From positions 1-50,915 of the forward strand of contig MQRK01234283.1 in NCBI GenBank assembly GCA_001938485.1: DNA of 50,915 nt, in the 5' to 3' direction. This document shows positions 23,757-37,879 of the stretch, piece after piece (positions within the stretch are counted from its first letter, which is position 1; every line of letters starts with the position of its first letter). The notes beneath the pieces are model-generated. The model saw only the letters and a program-made list of their open reading frames with translations, was not told where the DNA came from and searched no databases. A program made the position numbers and the translations under genes. The stretch comes from Girardia tigrina. Taxonomy: Eukaryota.

Positions 23757-23783
23757 TAAATATTAAAAGTACAAATATAGATC

Positions 23784-24026
23784 AATAAATCAATATATAA
23801 TATTATCGATTGATATGGCAGACTATATATGGGGAGTGGGGAGTTGGGGAGTTAATATATTATCATAATATATTAATTACTCCTTGATTTTTTTTCTTAT
23901 ATATAAGTAAAAAGGTTCACTCCCCAACTCCCCACTCCCCGTATATACTCTCGCGAAAAATCAATAATCCCAAACACTGCTTGGCGTTGATTTAAAACAA
24001 AAGGTGGGGAGTTTGAGGGGATTGCT
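23784..24026 (-). repeat. Right inverted terminal repeat (243 bp)
   Basis: Reverse complement of 17981-18223. Confidence 0.95.
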
Positions 24027-25299
24027 AGAGTCATAATTGACATATGGGTCTATCCATGTGTACTACCATAATTTTGATATTGATCTTCATTCGACCTTTA
24101 AACCCTATGTACAGAAAACAGCACAATGTATATAATAGGTTGATTGTGGTATTTATTATAATTATTTAAAATAATTATTATTTATTATTATATTATTATT
24201 ATTATTATTTAATAATATTATAATTATTTTCCGCATTAATTTACAAAATTGATTTAAACAAACAAAATTCACAAATTCGAAAATCAGTCATATCAACTAT
24301 TTCGAATCTCGCTCACATTTAAATCAAATTTCGTTTTTTAATGTTATATTTTATTTAATTATTATTTTACTATTTTTCTTTATCAAAATTTATCGCAAAA
24401 AAATACGAATTTACGTTTGAACAATAAGAATTTTCTTCAAATCATAAAAACGATTGGCCACAAAATTTGAATGGTCATTGATCATCCAATCAGAACCAAC
24501 CGAGAGAGGGAAAAAATGAAATGATTTGAAAATCAAATTTTAATTAATTTAAAAAATTGTACTAAAATTTTTTTCTGGACTCCTGATTTAAAATTTTTCT
24601 AGATGTTTTAAAAGATGTTTTAAAAGATGTTCTAAAAAAAGATATTCTAAAAGATGATTTGAAACTTTTTTGGGTTATGAGATTTTACTGAATTATTTTT
24701 TAAAAAATTTATGCAATTCGATTTAAAATTTATCATCGAACTTTTGATTTTTTGCTGCTGGCTACAATTATTTAATTTTGAAATATATTTTGGTTGCCTC
24801 TCAGATTTGAAAAAATACGGATGAAAAAATTACTGAATTTAAAATTGTAAAACCTTTGAATCTGAAAGATTTTAATTGCTGAATTTGAAATGTTATAATC
24901 GTTGAATCTGAACGATATAATTACTGAATCTGAATAAAAAATATTTGAACTGAACGGTAAAGAAATTAAATATTTTTATATTTTTTAATGACAAACGAAA
25001 TCTAAATTATTTTATTGTTATTTCTTAGAGCTTTTTTTATATAAATATTGTATAATTGAAGTTTGTAACTGCGATATTGAGGATTCAATTTATCAATAAA
25101 ATGAGTACTTTTTTCTTAAAAAAATATTTTACTAAAATTTTTTTGAATCAAAAAAATATAAAAATATCGAATAAAACGAAACAATGGGCCCGGCACTGAG
25201 ACCGTACTCCTTGATTCATTTTCCTTGCACCCCTCTGCTACCACCGACTGATTTTCAGAGCAACCTGGGGTTTCCGTCGAAACATCAAGATTAAATATA

Positions 25300-25530
25300 A
25301 GTCAGAAAATTACTGTCTTAAAATGGCCTCCATATAATCCAGATCTCTCTCCAATAGAGAAGTTATGGGTTTTTTGTCAAAAGAAAAGTTCACATTGGGT
25401 ATATAAATACCAAAAAGAACTCATATACATGATCCGGACATTAGGGCTGCTTGTCGTGGTCTCATCGAAGGTAAGCCTCGACGAATTCAAGCTTGTATTG
25501 ATGCAAAAGGAAGATCCATTAAATATTAAT
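25300..25530 (+). pseudogene. Tc1-like transposase C-terminal remnant
   Basis: LKWPPYNPDLSPIEKLW and RRIQACIDAK. Confidence 0.75.
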
Positions 25531-28312
25531 AGTCGTTGGTGATGCGAGAGCGGGCGCAGCATGGTGACCACGGCGTGTTAGAGAATGATCTGCAGGACGC
25601 GGGGGCTCAAATTCAACGTATTCTTACTGCCATCATCCTCGCTTCCTGACTCGATAATCTCGATCGCCAGAACTCTGCGGCTCGCCGTCCCAGCCCCGTC
25701 TTGAATATCTCCAGGCCACAATCTACATGAAGCACTATCAATGTCAGCCAATACAATTTCTCTCCAATTTTTTTCTGAAATTTAAAAAATCGCGATAGTC
25801 ACTTCCGACATTACTCGAACATCTCTGTTATAATCCGTTGCTTCGGCGCGATCTTCAGTTCAACCGCAATTAACTGCTCATATAACCATCGCGGATCGTG
25901 ATGGGCATCATCTTTGAAAAACCTTTCTTGTTTAACCGGACAAAATTTATAACCCTCCGGAACACTGATATTTCTCTTTAGAAAAGATCCCATAGCGATC
26001 CTTCTCCTGACCCACTCAATCGGAATCATATAACATCTTTTAGCAATAAAAAATTCGAAAATATGAGTCGCCGTTTTTGTACTAATCGCCGCTTTCCCTT
26101 TCATCGAGTGGCTCTTCATACCGTCACCGGCGGTTATTGTCTTTGGACACAGCTAAACACAAACCGTCAGAATCCGGTATTTCATAAACGATCTTTGTTT
26201 TTCTTTCTATTATCGCCTTGCCGACATTCATATTTTCAACGATCTCCATTTCTAATCAATTTAACCTTGAATTAAAGAAAAAAAATCTTATTTTTATCAA
26301 GCGTTTTTACAAAAAAATGGCGACTTTCAAAACTCAAACTACAATGTAAAATTTTTTCTTTGTGGCGAATAATTTTCAAAGATCGATTTAAACAAATCGA
26401 ATTAAATCATATCGAAAATTAATAATAATGTCTCGATAATTGCTATTAATAACTGGCCAATCAGAAAGGCTAAATAAAAAATCCTTAAGAGTACAAAATC
26501 CGATCCACCTCATCGGCCATTTTGGCAACTTTGATTATTTTTTTTATTTAATTTTTTCCCGATTTTGGCTATCATGCCATTTTTTTATTATATTTTTCTT
26601 TAGTTCTTTTATTTATTTTTTTCTTTTCAAATGACGCCAATTTCCCTATTCTCACAATGACAAAAAACACAAATCTCCCAATATTGGGTCAAAAAAAAGA
26701 AAATAAATAAAGTATCGATTGACTTTCTTCATAGATACAGTTTAATCGGGTCGATAGAATTCGTTTAATTTAATTCACCTCTCCATCGAATATCAATTTG
26801 ATTTTGTATTCTTTCGAATTCAATTTATTTTGTCGCAAATAAATAAAAATAAAATCAACACCAAATTGATCAACTTTATTCTATCGATTATTTCCGCTCG
26901 ATCGGTTGAAATTTTTGATTGTATCCTCGATAACTTGCTACAAGTGTCTCAATAGATCGGGAGAAAAGATGGGGAATTTGAAATTGAAGCTGCTTAAATG
27001 TGTTGGGCGACAGATTCAATATTTTCAGGATACGCCGAATTACATTCGCCAAATGGATCAACCAGAAATATTGAAATCGTAACGAAGGTTTGGCTCCTGG
27101 CAAGCAAGTGTCTCCGACCCCCTTTCTCACTCAGAATCAAACAGCCGTTATTCGATCTGTCTTTTTTTAATAAAATTTAATTAAGGTTTTCATTGTCTTG
27201 GTTTATTAAACAATAATGTAATTATAATTTAATATATTTTAACAGAAATGATAAAATTTTATTGATGTTACGTAATGACGGATGAAATTGAGCGACCAAT
27301 TTTTTGAAAATCTAACAAATATTTCAATTTTTATCTTTTATGAGATATTTTATTGATAAATTTACTCAATTTTTAAGTTAGTGACATGTAAAATTTCAAT
27401 AATGGTTGGTTTGCTAAATTTTGTACAAATTTAAATATCATGAAAAAAATGTGCAGACGACACTGTATGAACGATATTTGAACGAATGAAATTTGATCGA
27501 CCCTGTATGTAATTATTTACTTTAAATTATGGATCCTTGGTTTCATTTTAAATGGAATGTTTGTTTCCCAATATGTATTTTACATATAAAATATAAAAAG
27601 TCAAAACTCTGTTTCGACCCCATTTTTAAAAATTTTATTTTATGAATATATTTATTTTAGACGGTTTCGACCCCATTTTTTAAAATGTAATTTAATGAAT
27701 ATTTATATTTTAGACGGTTTCTATGCCATCTAAAATAAAAAAGATGATTCAATTAAATTTAAAAATTTTTAAAAATGGTTTTATACTTAATTTTATTATT
27801 TTTGTTTAAGTGAAGACTTTTCGGTAGCATTATTAATTAATTTAATTTATCTAGTAGGCAAAATTTCATTTCAAGAATGGACTAGATTTTATTCAAACGA
27901 GAGAAAAGAATTTACGTATATGAAAGGTATTTTTACTCGTTCGCAGTATGTTGCCGACTACAGTCAAATTTCTTGGCATTGCAATTAAATAGTCTCCAGC
28001 AAGCACTGTATGGGTAGAATTCGAACAAATGTAGAAAATGGTGAGCTTTTAACTACTGTAACAATCCATATCCCCGGAAAGAAGTGACTATTTTATAGAT
28101 TATCTGCGATATTCTATAGCGATTTTCCATCTAGACGTAATTATAATGAAATGGAACCGGTCAAAGAGTTGCCTGACAAGAAGTGACTATTTTATTGGTT
28201 TCTTTTATGACTATTTAGTGACTATTTTACGAAATCTGAACCCAAAAAGAGGTTTGTTTTGTTTCAAAATTGAAAAGTAAAAAAGTAAAATAATTAAAAA
28301 TGTATTCATATG

Positions 28313-28346
<34 letters not shown>

Positions 28347-28414
28347 TTGATTTTTTATCGTTGAAAATTGAATAGTAAAAAATATTATAAATAAATTGCC
28401 ATTAAATCTAAATG

Positions 28415-28471
<57 letters not shown>

Positions 28472-28759
28472 ACAAATATATTTATAATTATTTAAAGAAA
28501 ATGAAGAACTTAGTAAATTTTAAAAGTTTTTTATTTGTCAGAACATGTTTCGCCATTACGGCATCATCAGTTTTGAAGTAAATTTCAAATTACAAGTCAT
28601 TTATATGACACATTGACTATTACGTAATTAATCTTTTTTTAATTAATATTAAAGGATTTTAATATGATTTGATACTTCACTTTGAACATTTAAGCATGGT
28701 TTTAAATGCTTTATTAATAATGCCTCAGTGAATATCCTCTCATGATGTGTCAGAATTTT

Positions 28760-29250
28760 TCTTCAAAACTGTAAATTCAGTTTCATAGTTCACTTTATCT
28801 CTATTTCTGCATTTTTAATGAGATCTAGAATCGAGCGATTCCTACTCATTTGAGTGTTTTCAGCTATTCTAGTGCACAGATGACGATTTGTTTCTCCAAA
28901 GTACAAGAATTCACACTTGTGACATTTAAATTGATATACTAGATTAGCTTGGACACCCTATGAAGTTATTGATTTATTTTAGAAATATCTCGATAGTTTA
29001 TTAGTTATAAAGATCACCTGCAAATTAAAACCCAAAGGAACCTTTTTCATTAGGCCTTTCCTCAAATCAGACGCGCCTTCAGAAAATGTTAATTTTAAAT
29101 TTATTGTTTTTATTACATTACTACTATCATTACTTATAATGTTTTCATTTTTATCAATAGATTTTTCACGAATTGAGTCAATTGTATTTTTTATCAAATT
29201 ATTTAAATAATTTTTAATGTAACCCTTATTTTCTAACCTAATTTTAAGAT
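28760..29250 (-). pseudogene. Penelope-like retroelement remnant (GIY-YIG endonuclease)
   Basis: ANLVYQFKCHKCEFLYFGETNRHLCTRIAE matches the Penelope VYxxxCxxC..YIGETxRxLxxRIxEH motif. Confidence 0.8.
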
Positions 29251-29489
29251 AAACAATAACGTTGATAAAAAAAACTTTATGTCGTTTGTTCTTAATTTTC
29301 TTTATATATATATATATATATATATATTGGTTTTTGAGTTTTTTAACGTTTGTTTTAATATGATTTATAGCGGTAACTCCGCTCAAAATTAAAGATTTTA
29401 TTGGAAAAGAATTGTAATTGTTATAAGCAAATAAAGAGAGATATATTCAAAAACAAATTTTTGTTTTCAATCAAGGTTTATGCAACGCA

Positions 29490-31275
29490 ACTCGACTATT
29501 TGTTGCAGAATGTGCTATAAATTTAAGAGCAAAAATTTCATCCGAAAGCAATAGAGGAAATATTGTGTTTATTCCAAGAATTGACCTTGCACCATCTGAC
29601 ACAATGTTGCCCTTTATTTTGAAAAGACAATTTCCAATAATTCCTGCCTTTGCAATCACAATCAACAAATCTCAAGGAAAATCCTTCGATTATGTTAGAA
29701 TCGATCTATAAACGCAATTTTTACACATGGTCAGCTTAATGTTGCATTTTCTAGATGAAAAATTTCAATCATTATCAAAGTTCACATTAGATCTGGACGA
29801 CTACTAAATGACGGTCGTATAACGGATGCGCAGGCAAAATCTTGACAAATTTTAAACCACCATTGTGAAAAGACGAAATAAAATTTTCAGAAGTTGTTTA
29901 TATTTTATTGAAGGGCAAGATGTAAAGAACAAAAAATGTTTACAGAATAATTGAAAGTAGTCCGTCTCTATACACAGCACGAAGGCGTTTCTTAATCCCT
30001 TTGAAGTCCTTCCGCAACGTGGACTGATCCATTGTTTTCAACATTTTCTTAATCGTTGCTGTAGTTGAGGGATTGTTTCAGCCTCTCAACCTCTTCATAC
30101 ACTTTCGCCTTTAGAGCGCCCCAAAATTTCTCAATGGGGCGGCAGTGTGGGACGTTGGGAGGATTACACTCCTTGTCAACAAAGTGGATGTTGAGATAAT
30201 GGAGAAGTTTGAGAGTGCTGTGGGCAAAATGTGCAGAAGCCAGGTCCGGCCACAAGAGAATTTCGTCATCTCGATGATATTTCTTGATAAACTTCATTAG
30301 ACCTTGTCTGATGCACTGCTCTTGATAGAAATCGGCATGTACACTGTTTGGTCGCTGCAAAAATATAGGATCACTGATGTGGTCTGCGGAGACACAAAGC
30401 CAAACCATCAGCTGAACAGGGAACTTTCTTTCTGTTCTATATTTGACGTGTTCAGGAGCAGATTGAGGACTCGAAGTAAAGTAGTGATCATTTCCAGTCG
30501 ATTCCAATCACATTTCAACTTGAAGTATCTCTCATCATCCATGATGATTTTTTTATCACTCAAACTTCGGAGTAATTTCCCTGCTCTCAGTTTCACTCGC
30601 TTTACTTTCTCCTCTGTGTACTGAAGAGCCTTCTTTCTCTTTTGGCATTTTAGACCGCTTTCCTTGATAATATTCCTCATCGTCGTGGCACAGACACCAT
30701 ACTTGATGGCTTCACGCCTGAGAGATACACCACGCTTTGTTTAAATCCATCTCCAAATACTTGCGCGCTGTTGATTTGTTAACTTTTTATTGTGGCCTCC
30801 ACTTCCTGGCTTCCTGTACACATTTGAACTCTTTGAGAGGTTTGACAGAAGCGTATAAATGGTAGACCGTGCACAAGCTTGATTCACAAAGTGGTTTACA
30901 GTGAAGGCTTTTCCTTTTAAAAAGTTCAGCTGCCAAAAGTTGCGAACTCTCTCACGGAGCTGTTGCTCCGTCATGTCTTTTCTGTGAAAATGAATGCCGA
31001 GAGGATGACGAAATATTATGCAAGAAACCCCCTACACAATGTGATTCATGCTGCAATTTGATTGGATGTTCCATTTATTTTTAATTTACTGATAGTATGC
31101 ATTTTTCATATATCCAGATTTTGCCTGCGCACCCGTTATTTACTAAAAATATAGTATACAAAGAAATACTGTAAAATTTTAATTCGAATTTGAATTTTAA
31201 ACCCAACTGTTAGTATCAATCACATATTTTTATCATGTAATAATGTAATGTATAACATGACGTGTCATTTACTAG
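29490..31275 (+). mobile_element. Helitron 3' part (Pif1-like helicase C-terminus and CTAG end), interrupted by a DD37E element
   Basis: VFIPRIDLAPSD..RQFPIIPAFAITINKSQGKSF..HGQLNVAFSR before the insertion; TKNIVYKEIL* resumes at ~31142; ATGACGTGTCAT hairpin then CTAG|T at 31272-31275. Confidence 0.85.
29822..31136 (-). mobile_element. Full-length ITmD37E (DD37E) Tc1/mariner-superfamily transposon with a disrupted transposase
   Basis: TIRs ACGG(A/G)TGCGCAGGCAAAATCT with TA on both sides. IMDDERY, WPDLASAH...RPIE with 37 residues between D and E (counted). Confidence 0.92.
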
Positions 31276-34200
31276 TATATAATAATAATACTTAGAAAAA
31301 CAAGTAGTTACAGTTTGTTGATCTGATAATAATTATAGTAGTTGAGACAAAAATATCGCAATTATTTATATTTATTCAGAGAAAATTCTATAATTCTGAA
31401 AAATAGTAAATAGCGTGGAATAATGGAAAATTTAATTTTAAAAAATTCTTAAGCATTACCTATTATAATAATAATATTATTTATTAATTATGTTGTAAAA
31501 ACTAAACTTTTGAGGTTTTAAATTTTTTTTAAAATTTTGATTAGCAAAATGAAAACTAATTCTCATACATAATTATTATTTAATTTATACATAACAAATT
31601 ATAGAAAATAAAAAAAACATTAAATGATCATTTTCTTTCTATTTTGATGCAAAAATAACTAAAGTCGATTCCAATTATATAATTATTTATTTAAAAAATT
31701 ATGACCAATAAAATACTTTGGCTTTGACATTAGAGTGAAATATTAATAAAATCCCTTTTTGAAACAGGTCAAATTTTGATATGAAAAGAAAAACGAATCA
31801 GAAAACAGATAACAAATTCAGAAAGATCAAATATCAATGTTTTTACAGTTTCTTTGTATTTTATTAAATTTTAACTTTTTATAATTTGAAATTTAGAAAT
31901 AAGAAACATGCAATTTTGATTAATTTTAGTTTGTTGTTCAAAATTTAAAAACTGTTGATCAATGCATAGAATATTTGCGCAATCAGTTAATTCCTTTGTA
32001 TACAATGCAATTTTTGTAGAACGCCTAATAATGACCAATCAATCTTTGGTGATTGAGCGAATAAATTAATACATATATATATACATATATATATAGAAAT
32101 GTGCATTTTAATAAAAAATATAAAATTTATCAAAAATTCAATGAATACGCTTAAGCAACTGAAAACCCTGTTCCGACAACAAGTGGGAATAAATGAGTTG
32201 TAACTCCAGGATTCACCAAAGTGATAAACGGTAATTGTCCCATGGATATCATGAAGGCCATTGTGGGACTTGAAATTCAACATAGGCAAAATTATCAATT
32301 TCGACAAGGTGTTATTCGAATTCAAATGGAACAAGATATAGTAAATCTTCTGAATGCAAATACGCGCTTACTTATGAATAAATATAAAATATATAAATAA
32401 CTATAAATTTTATTTTTTCAAGTTAAAAACATATAATGAATTCAAAACGTGGAAAAATCAAATTTTCTCATGATGGTTGTTAGGAATGGTAATAGATTAG
32501 AAGAAATTTGTGTTCGAATAAGTAAAAAGATTATTTATGTAAGCATTGATGAAACTATAAAAGAGATGAATTAAATTAAGTTAAATCAAATTTTTACTAT
32601 AGAAAATTAAATTTAATAACTAGATACAGAATAAAATAAAATTAGAACTTCCGGTTTAACATTAGGAAAACTCAAAAAAAACATAGTTCCTCATAGAACA
32701 CGAACCAAGGAGTTTGCAAGGGTATATTTTATTTTTATTATTTACATTTTAATCTAAACAATTTAATAAAGAAATCAGTAGAAGAATGTAAAAAAACAGT
32801 TAAAAACACATCGAGACAAGGACACACCAGGTTGATGAGTTCAATAAGCAGCTCGATCTCGTAAAAGGCAATTTAATTATCTTCAACCACTCATAATATG
32901 GAATGAGTCGGTCAACAGGAAAAAAATTAATTTAAAAAAGCAAATTAACATAGCACCCGGATCAGAAAAAAAGAGTACACTCCCATTCAATTATTTAAAT
33001 TTATAGTAGATACAACCCAACATTATCTGTGTCATTTGTATTGTTTAATTGACACAAGATTTATATAGGAGATATATGAATTTAATGAACGTTTATGTCG
33101 TTTTCGGAATAAATATGGAGTGAAAGAAGAAACAAGATAATATAAAGAAAAATCGAAGGAAATTATTGTTCAAGGAAAATTTTTATTATTACTACGATCA
33201 TTCTGCAGATTATTCAAAAAATATTATTGAGAAACCAGACTCAAAAAAGCGTAGTGATTTAAATAAAAAGAAAAAGATTTAATTGATAAACAACAAGATT
33301 CAGACTCAAAAAGTATTAAGTTAAAAATTCGAATTTTGAGTATTCTTGATAGATGGAGATATTCAAATGTATAAATAATAACATCATATAATAAAAATAA
33401 TAATTTAAATTGCAAACAGTAGGTATGGGAGGTAATTCGATAATTCTGAAAAATAGTAAAAAGCGTGAAATAACGGAATAAATTAAACGAGCTGAATATA
33501 AACTCTAAAATAAATACTACTTTCAAAATTTTAAAAATTTTATTTTGTGATCACTATGGTGATACCAATAATTCATATAAAATCATAATTTAATATAACA
33601 AATGAATATTATTAACTGAATCAGGATTATGTCGTCCCAATCACCTCACGTATAACTGCTATTAAAAGCATTGCATTTCAGTGAGGACTAAAAAATTATT
33701 ATCATGATTTAGTATCGCACAATAGTACTCACTAAAAATACAGAGTATCTTTTAAATTAATTTAACATTTTTCAAATTGTGTTTATTATTATTTTTATTT
33801 TAATTGTAATTGTGTTGTTGTCAATTTCGAGAATTTCGTAAAGACCGTTGAATCATTCTTCGAAATTTTTTTAATTATTTATTTTACTATAAGCTTTTTT
33901 TGATGGGCATCGCTTTTACGGTAGCATTTGAATCATTTATTTTAATTGTATTTTGGAAATGCAGGTTAATTCATAATTATGCCGATGAGCAAATAAAAAG
34001 TTAAAAAAAAATAAAAAAGAAATATTAAAGATAAAAAATATTTTTAATAACCTTTTAACGCGTAGGCCCCAGTAGGACTCGGTTATTTATTACTGGCAAA
34101 TTTGTGCAAGCCCGAATTCAATTCGGTTGTCTAATATATTTTGCTATTCTTTTATGCAGCAATGGAAATAGCTTCTACAAACATATATGGATTGTATACA

Positions 34201-34526
34201 ATCTAGGGTGGATGATTTGAACTAGAGGGTCTGAACTGTTCCAGTTCTTCTTCCCTTCTAACTGTTTTACAGTCACTAATTTGAATTCTTGTAAAACAAA
34301 ATTTGGCATATTGTGTTCGACCATTGGATCAACCTTGAGATCTTGACGAACGCTCGGCTCCTGGTAGAATACTGTCTCCCCCCCTCACTCCGAATCAAAC
34401 AGGAGGTATTAATCGTTTGGATCAGCACCTCCATGATTATCCAGTTACAAGAAAAAGGGGCAAAAAATATTACAAAATATTTTTATATCTTTATAATACA
34501 TTTGTTTTGTACCAAAAAATGGTGAC

Positions 34527-34830
34527 ATGAAAGAAAATCTGGTGTTTCGCGCAATGCTTGTAAAACGGATAATAGAGGAACATCACACAGAATCAAGGCT
34601 CACAAAGTATGGCCGTCCAAAGAAACCAGGGCCTCTTAGGCTAACGGAAAGACATTTTCCAAAATATATTCCACCAATGCAACAAGATGCTGTGCGGTGT
34701 GCTGCAGAAAATGGGATAGTGAGGGAAGAAAATTAAGAAAGGAAACTCGCATTTATTGTGAAAAATATAATGTAGGTTTATACGCTGTTCCTTGTTTTAA
34801 AACGTACCACACAAATTTAAATTTTTACTT
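34527..34830 (+). pseudogene. piggyBac transposase C-terminal cysteine-rich remnant
   Basis: FRAMLV..RLTERHFPKYIP..CAVC..RKETRIYCEKYNVGLYAVPCFKTYHT. Confidence 0.85.
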
Positions 34831-35484
34831 CAACTTTGTAATTTTAAATAATAAATAATAAAATATTGTTGATAAATTTGTTTTTCTGTTTTATTTATCT
34901 AATTGTATTAGTACATAAATTATCAGTAATAAAAAAATGATTTTTTGGAACGTTTACGGGAAAAATTGCGCGTTAAAAATTATGTATATTATGTATTAAA
35001 AGACGCCATTTTAAAATACAATTTTTAATTAGAGCAAAATATTGCTCTTATAAAAAATTGTATTCTTAAAAAGGCGTCTTTTAATTTTTAAAAAAAATTG
35101 TCATTATTTTTTAAATTTATCAGTAATATTTATGTATATTATTCATTTTTATTAATGTGTAAATGGATTATTTCAAATAACTTTTCAAAACCTTTGAATC
35201 TTGTTATTTTGAATGGAAGTACAAGCTTTAAATTCAATGTTGAAAAGAAAGTGCTTTGATTGTCCATTTAGAAATAATTGGAGCTTAGTTAGAAATAATC
35301 AAAAAAATGACAAAAAATAGAATAATGAATAAAAACGAATAATTGTTTTGATTGTGCTTGATTGAAATGTGAATTTTCGAAAAAAATTATAATATATATA
35401 TATATATATCTTTTTTTATTATTTTAGAAAGGTCAAAGCATTTAATGTCCAAAGATCAAATTTGACAAATAATTCCAATTTTAC

Positions 35485-35653
35485 TTTAAATCGAACAGTG
35501 GAACGAAAGTTCTCGCTCCGTTTCATCAGAATTTTGTGTATTATCGATCTAAATGGAAGTGGTTAAAGTAACATGATCAATGCTCTTTTGTTAGTTTTGG
35601 GGTTTCAAGAGTCAAAAACTTGATTCATGAAATTAAATCTGTTGATTCACAAG
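35485..35653 (+). pseudogene. SMC4-like (condensin) N-terminal ATPase fragment
   Basis: FKSNSGTKVLAPFHQNF / CIIDLNGSG*SNMINALLLVLGFQESKT*FMKLNLLIHK compared with SMC4 FKSYAG..GPFHxSF..VGPNGSGKSNVIDxMLFVFGFRA.K...L..LIH. Stop codon at the Walker A lysine. Confidence 0.8.
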
Positions 35654-37879
35654 AGGGAGGTAAAATTAATCACCACGCCATCCAGGGACACTCCGGCAAC
35701 ACCAACATGCCTCAACCGCGCAGCTCCACTATTCACTGTGTTATCAGTAGGATTGAATCATTACAGAGACGATTTCGAAGATTATTGGTGAATTAACAGA
35801 TGTTCTTAATTTGGTATCTGATTAAAGAGCGGGCGCAGCGTGGTTGGAGATTCTAAGGTCGCAGGGATATGTATAATAATGGGGAGAATATCATACCCTT
35901 CAATCCGACAATCGCATTCTTTTCGATCACGTAAATATTAATCTCAAACAATTTTAGACTCCATAGACCCTAACGCTAACCGTAAATTTTCGAAAAATCA
36001 TTAGAAATGAAATTCAATTCAAATGTTGTTAATCGGATGGTAAATGAAACGTTTCGGACAAAGTAAGTGTTAACGAATTTCGAGATCTTTCAGTCCGTAA
36101 AACAGATATGTTATGAGATTTTGTATTTTAAATATCATACACGAGATGATGGAATTTTTACTCCAAGGAAAAATGCTTTATTGGGTAACGAATTCGATCC
36201 ACCATGTCCAGTCGCCACGCTATTCAAACATCTCAGTAAGAAGATCATAAAAATATTCGATAAAATCACGAATCTCTTGCAAGATCGTTTGATTGGCAAT
36301 TACAATAACAAAGTTTTAGCATTTCCTTTGTATCTAAACATAATCAAAAACATTAACAAAATAATAATAATAATAATTTAATAATAATAAACATTAACAA
36401 AAAGTATTGGGATGCAATTCAAATTCCATATTGCTTTTTTGGACCTACAAAAGAAACAATAGTAAATGAAAATTTAAAAAAGTTTTTGAAGGAAACATTC
36501 GAATGTAATCTGGCTGTTGCCTATTGTAATTTAGGAAGTGAGTCAAGGGACTTTTTTATAAAACAATTAGACGAAAGTAAATCTGCCATTGTTTCTGCTG
36601 AATGCAAGTACCACGAAGGTGGAGTGAATTTCAGCATTATTTCAAATGTTGTTAAAAAAATTACAAAATTTGAATCTTTTGTGTACATTATTTTTGCAAA
36701 TAAATTTTGTAATTTTACTGAAAAATCTGTCGAAAACTTTGAAAATGAAAATCCTTTTCAAATACTTTTCAAATTGAAAAAAATTAATGGCAAATATACA
36801 ATTGAAAATATATGTAAATCTAAATGTAAAAACTCTCCTATTTTATTAATTGATTTAAAGACAATCAATGACCTTCGTAAAGAAAAAGATTGTTATTATT
36901 TGTTTAAATAAATTTTGAAATTAATTAATTATTTTGAAATAAGTTTTAGCATTTCCTTCGTATCTAAACATACTCAAATATCTAATCTTTATATGGTCGG
37001 GAATATCGACCAATTTAGAGATTTTATTTCAGTTTGTCAAAGCCTTGACATTTTTTTTTCACTCTCAAACGCCAAATGCATCAAAAACTCGCAGAAAAAA
37101 ATCGCAAAATAATATCTAAAAGGCATGATTTGGATGGAAATAAAGAGAAACGAAATTTCAAAAATTAAATATATATTTTTTATTAATCTAATTGGTTTTA
37201 AATCATATTTTTTCGATACCTCTCTACTTAATAGCACCATTGTATTGTTTTATCTATTCCGAACAGTTAGATAATAATAAGTTGCTTTCTCAAGATTTAT
37301 TGTAATTGTTATATATTAAAATTAATGAAATTTGATGTTCTTATGATTTTTTATAGTTGTTAATTTTATTTAATATTTTTTTGTTTTATAATTAATTTTA
37401 GAAATATTGTCTGTAACTTATTTTTAATTATCATTTTATTAAATGGACCTTCTTTTATAGTTTGTAACGCGAAGTCCTATGTGACACATTTATAGGTGAA
37501 AGCAGATACGAACAGAAGTCGATTTGGCAATCATTTATGATTATTTACATTTAACAAGGATTCAAATTTTTTGGTTCAAAAAAATGGTTACACATGAAGT
37601 CGGACAACATTTAAACAAGTGTTTTGTTTTTTTTAATTTTTTCTTTATTAATTTTTTCAATCGTTTTTTGTCACTGCATAGACCATATAATTTAAGCGAC
37701 GATTATTTAACTTTGGTTAGGCAGTTGGCAATTTCAGAATCTGACAACAAAAGTATCATTTATAGTACGAAAAGACAGATCAAACATCTAAAGGCAAACA
37801 TGAATGGTACGAAAAGCCGGCAATAAACGATGAGATCTGTCAATATATGTTAAAGAAAGGTAGCTGTCATCTATAGTGG

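Larger units (their letters stand above)
17951..24026. mobile_element. Endogenous chimeric ssDNA virus-like element (parvovirus-like capsid, PLA2 protein, CRESS Rep, NS1-like helicase) with ITRs
   Basis: 243-bp inverted repeats enclose four tightly packed genes with viral hallmark motifs; GC palindrome at the left end. Confidence 0.92.

Noticed and set aside
17951-24026. Ordinary densovirus EVE, bidnavirus or Polinton
   Set aside because: The Rep is CRESS-type and separate from the NS1-like helicase; no PolB or integrase is present.
25811-26119. Short motif-less ORFs (also 36486-36911, 41734-42003, 8271-8947)
   Set aside because: No recognisable domain; could be exons or decayed genes but cannot be supported.
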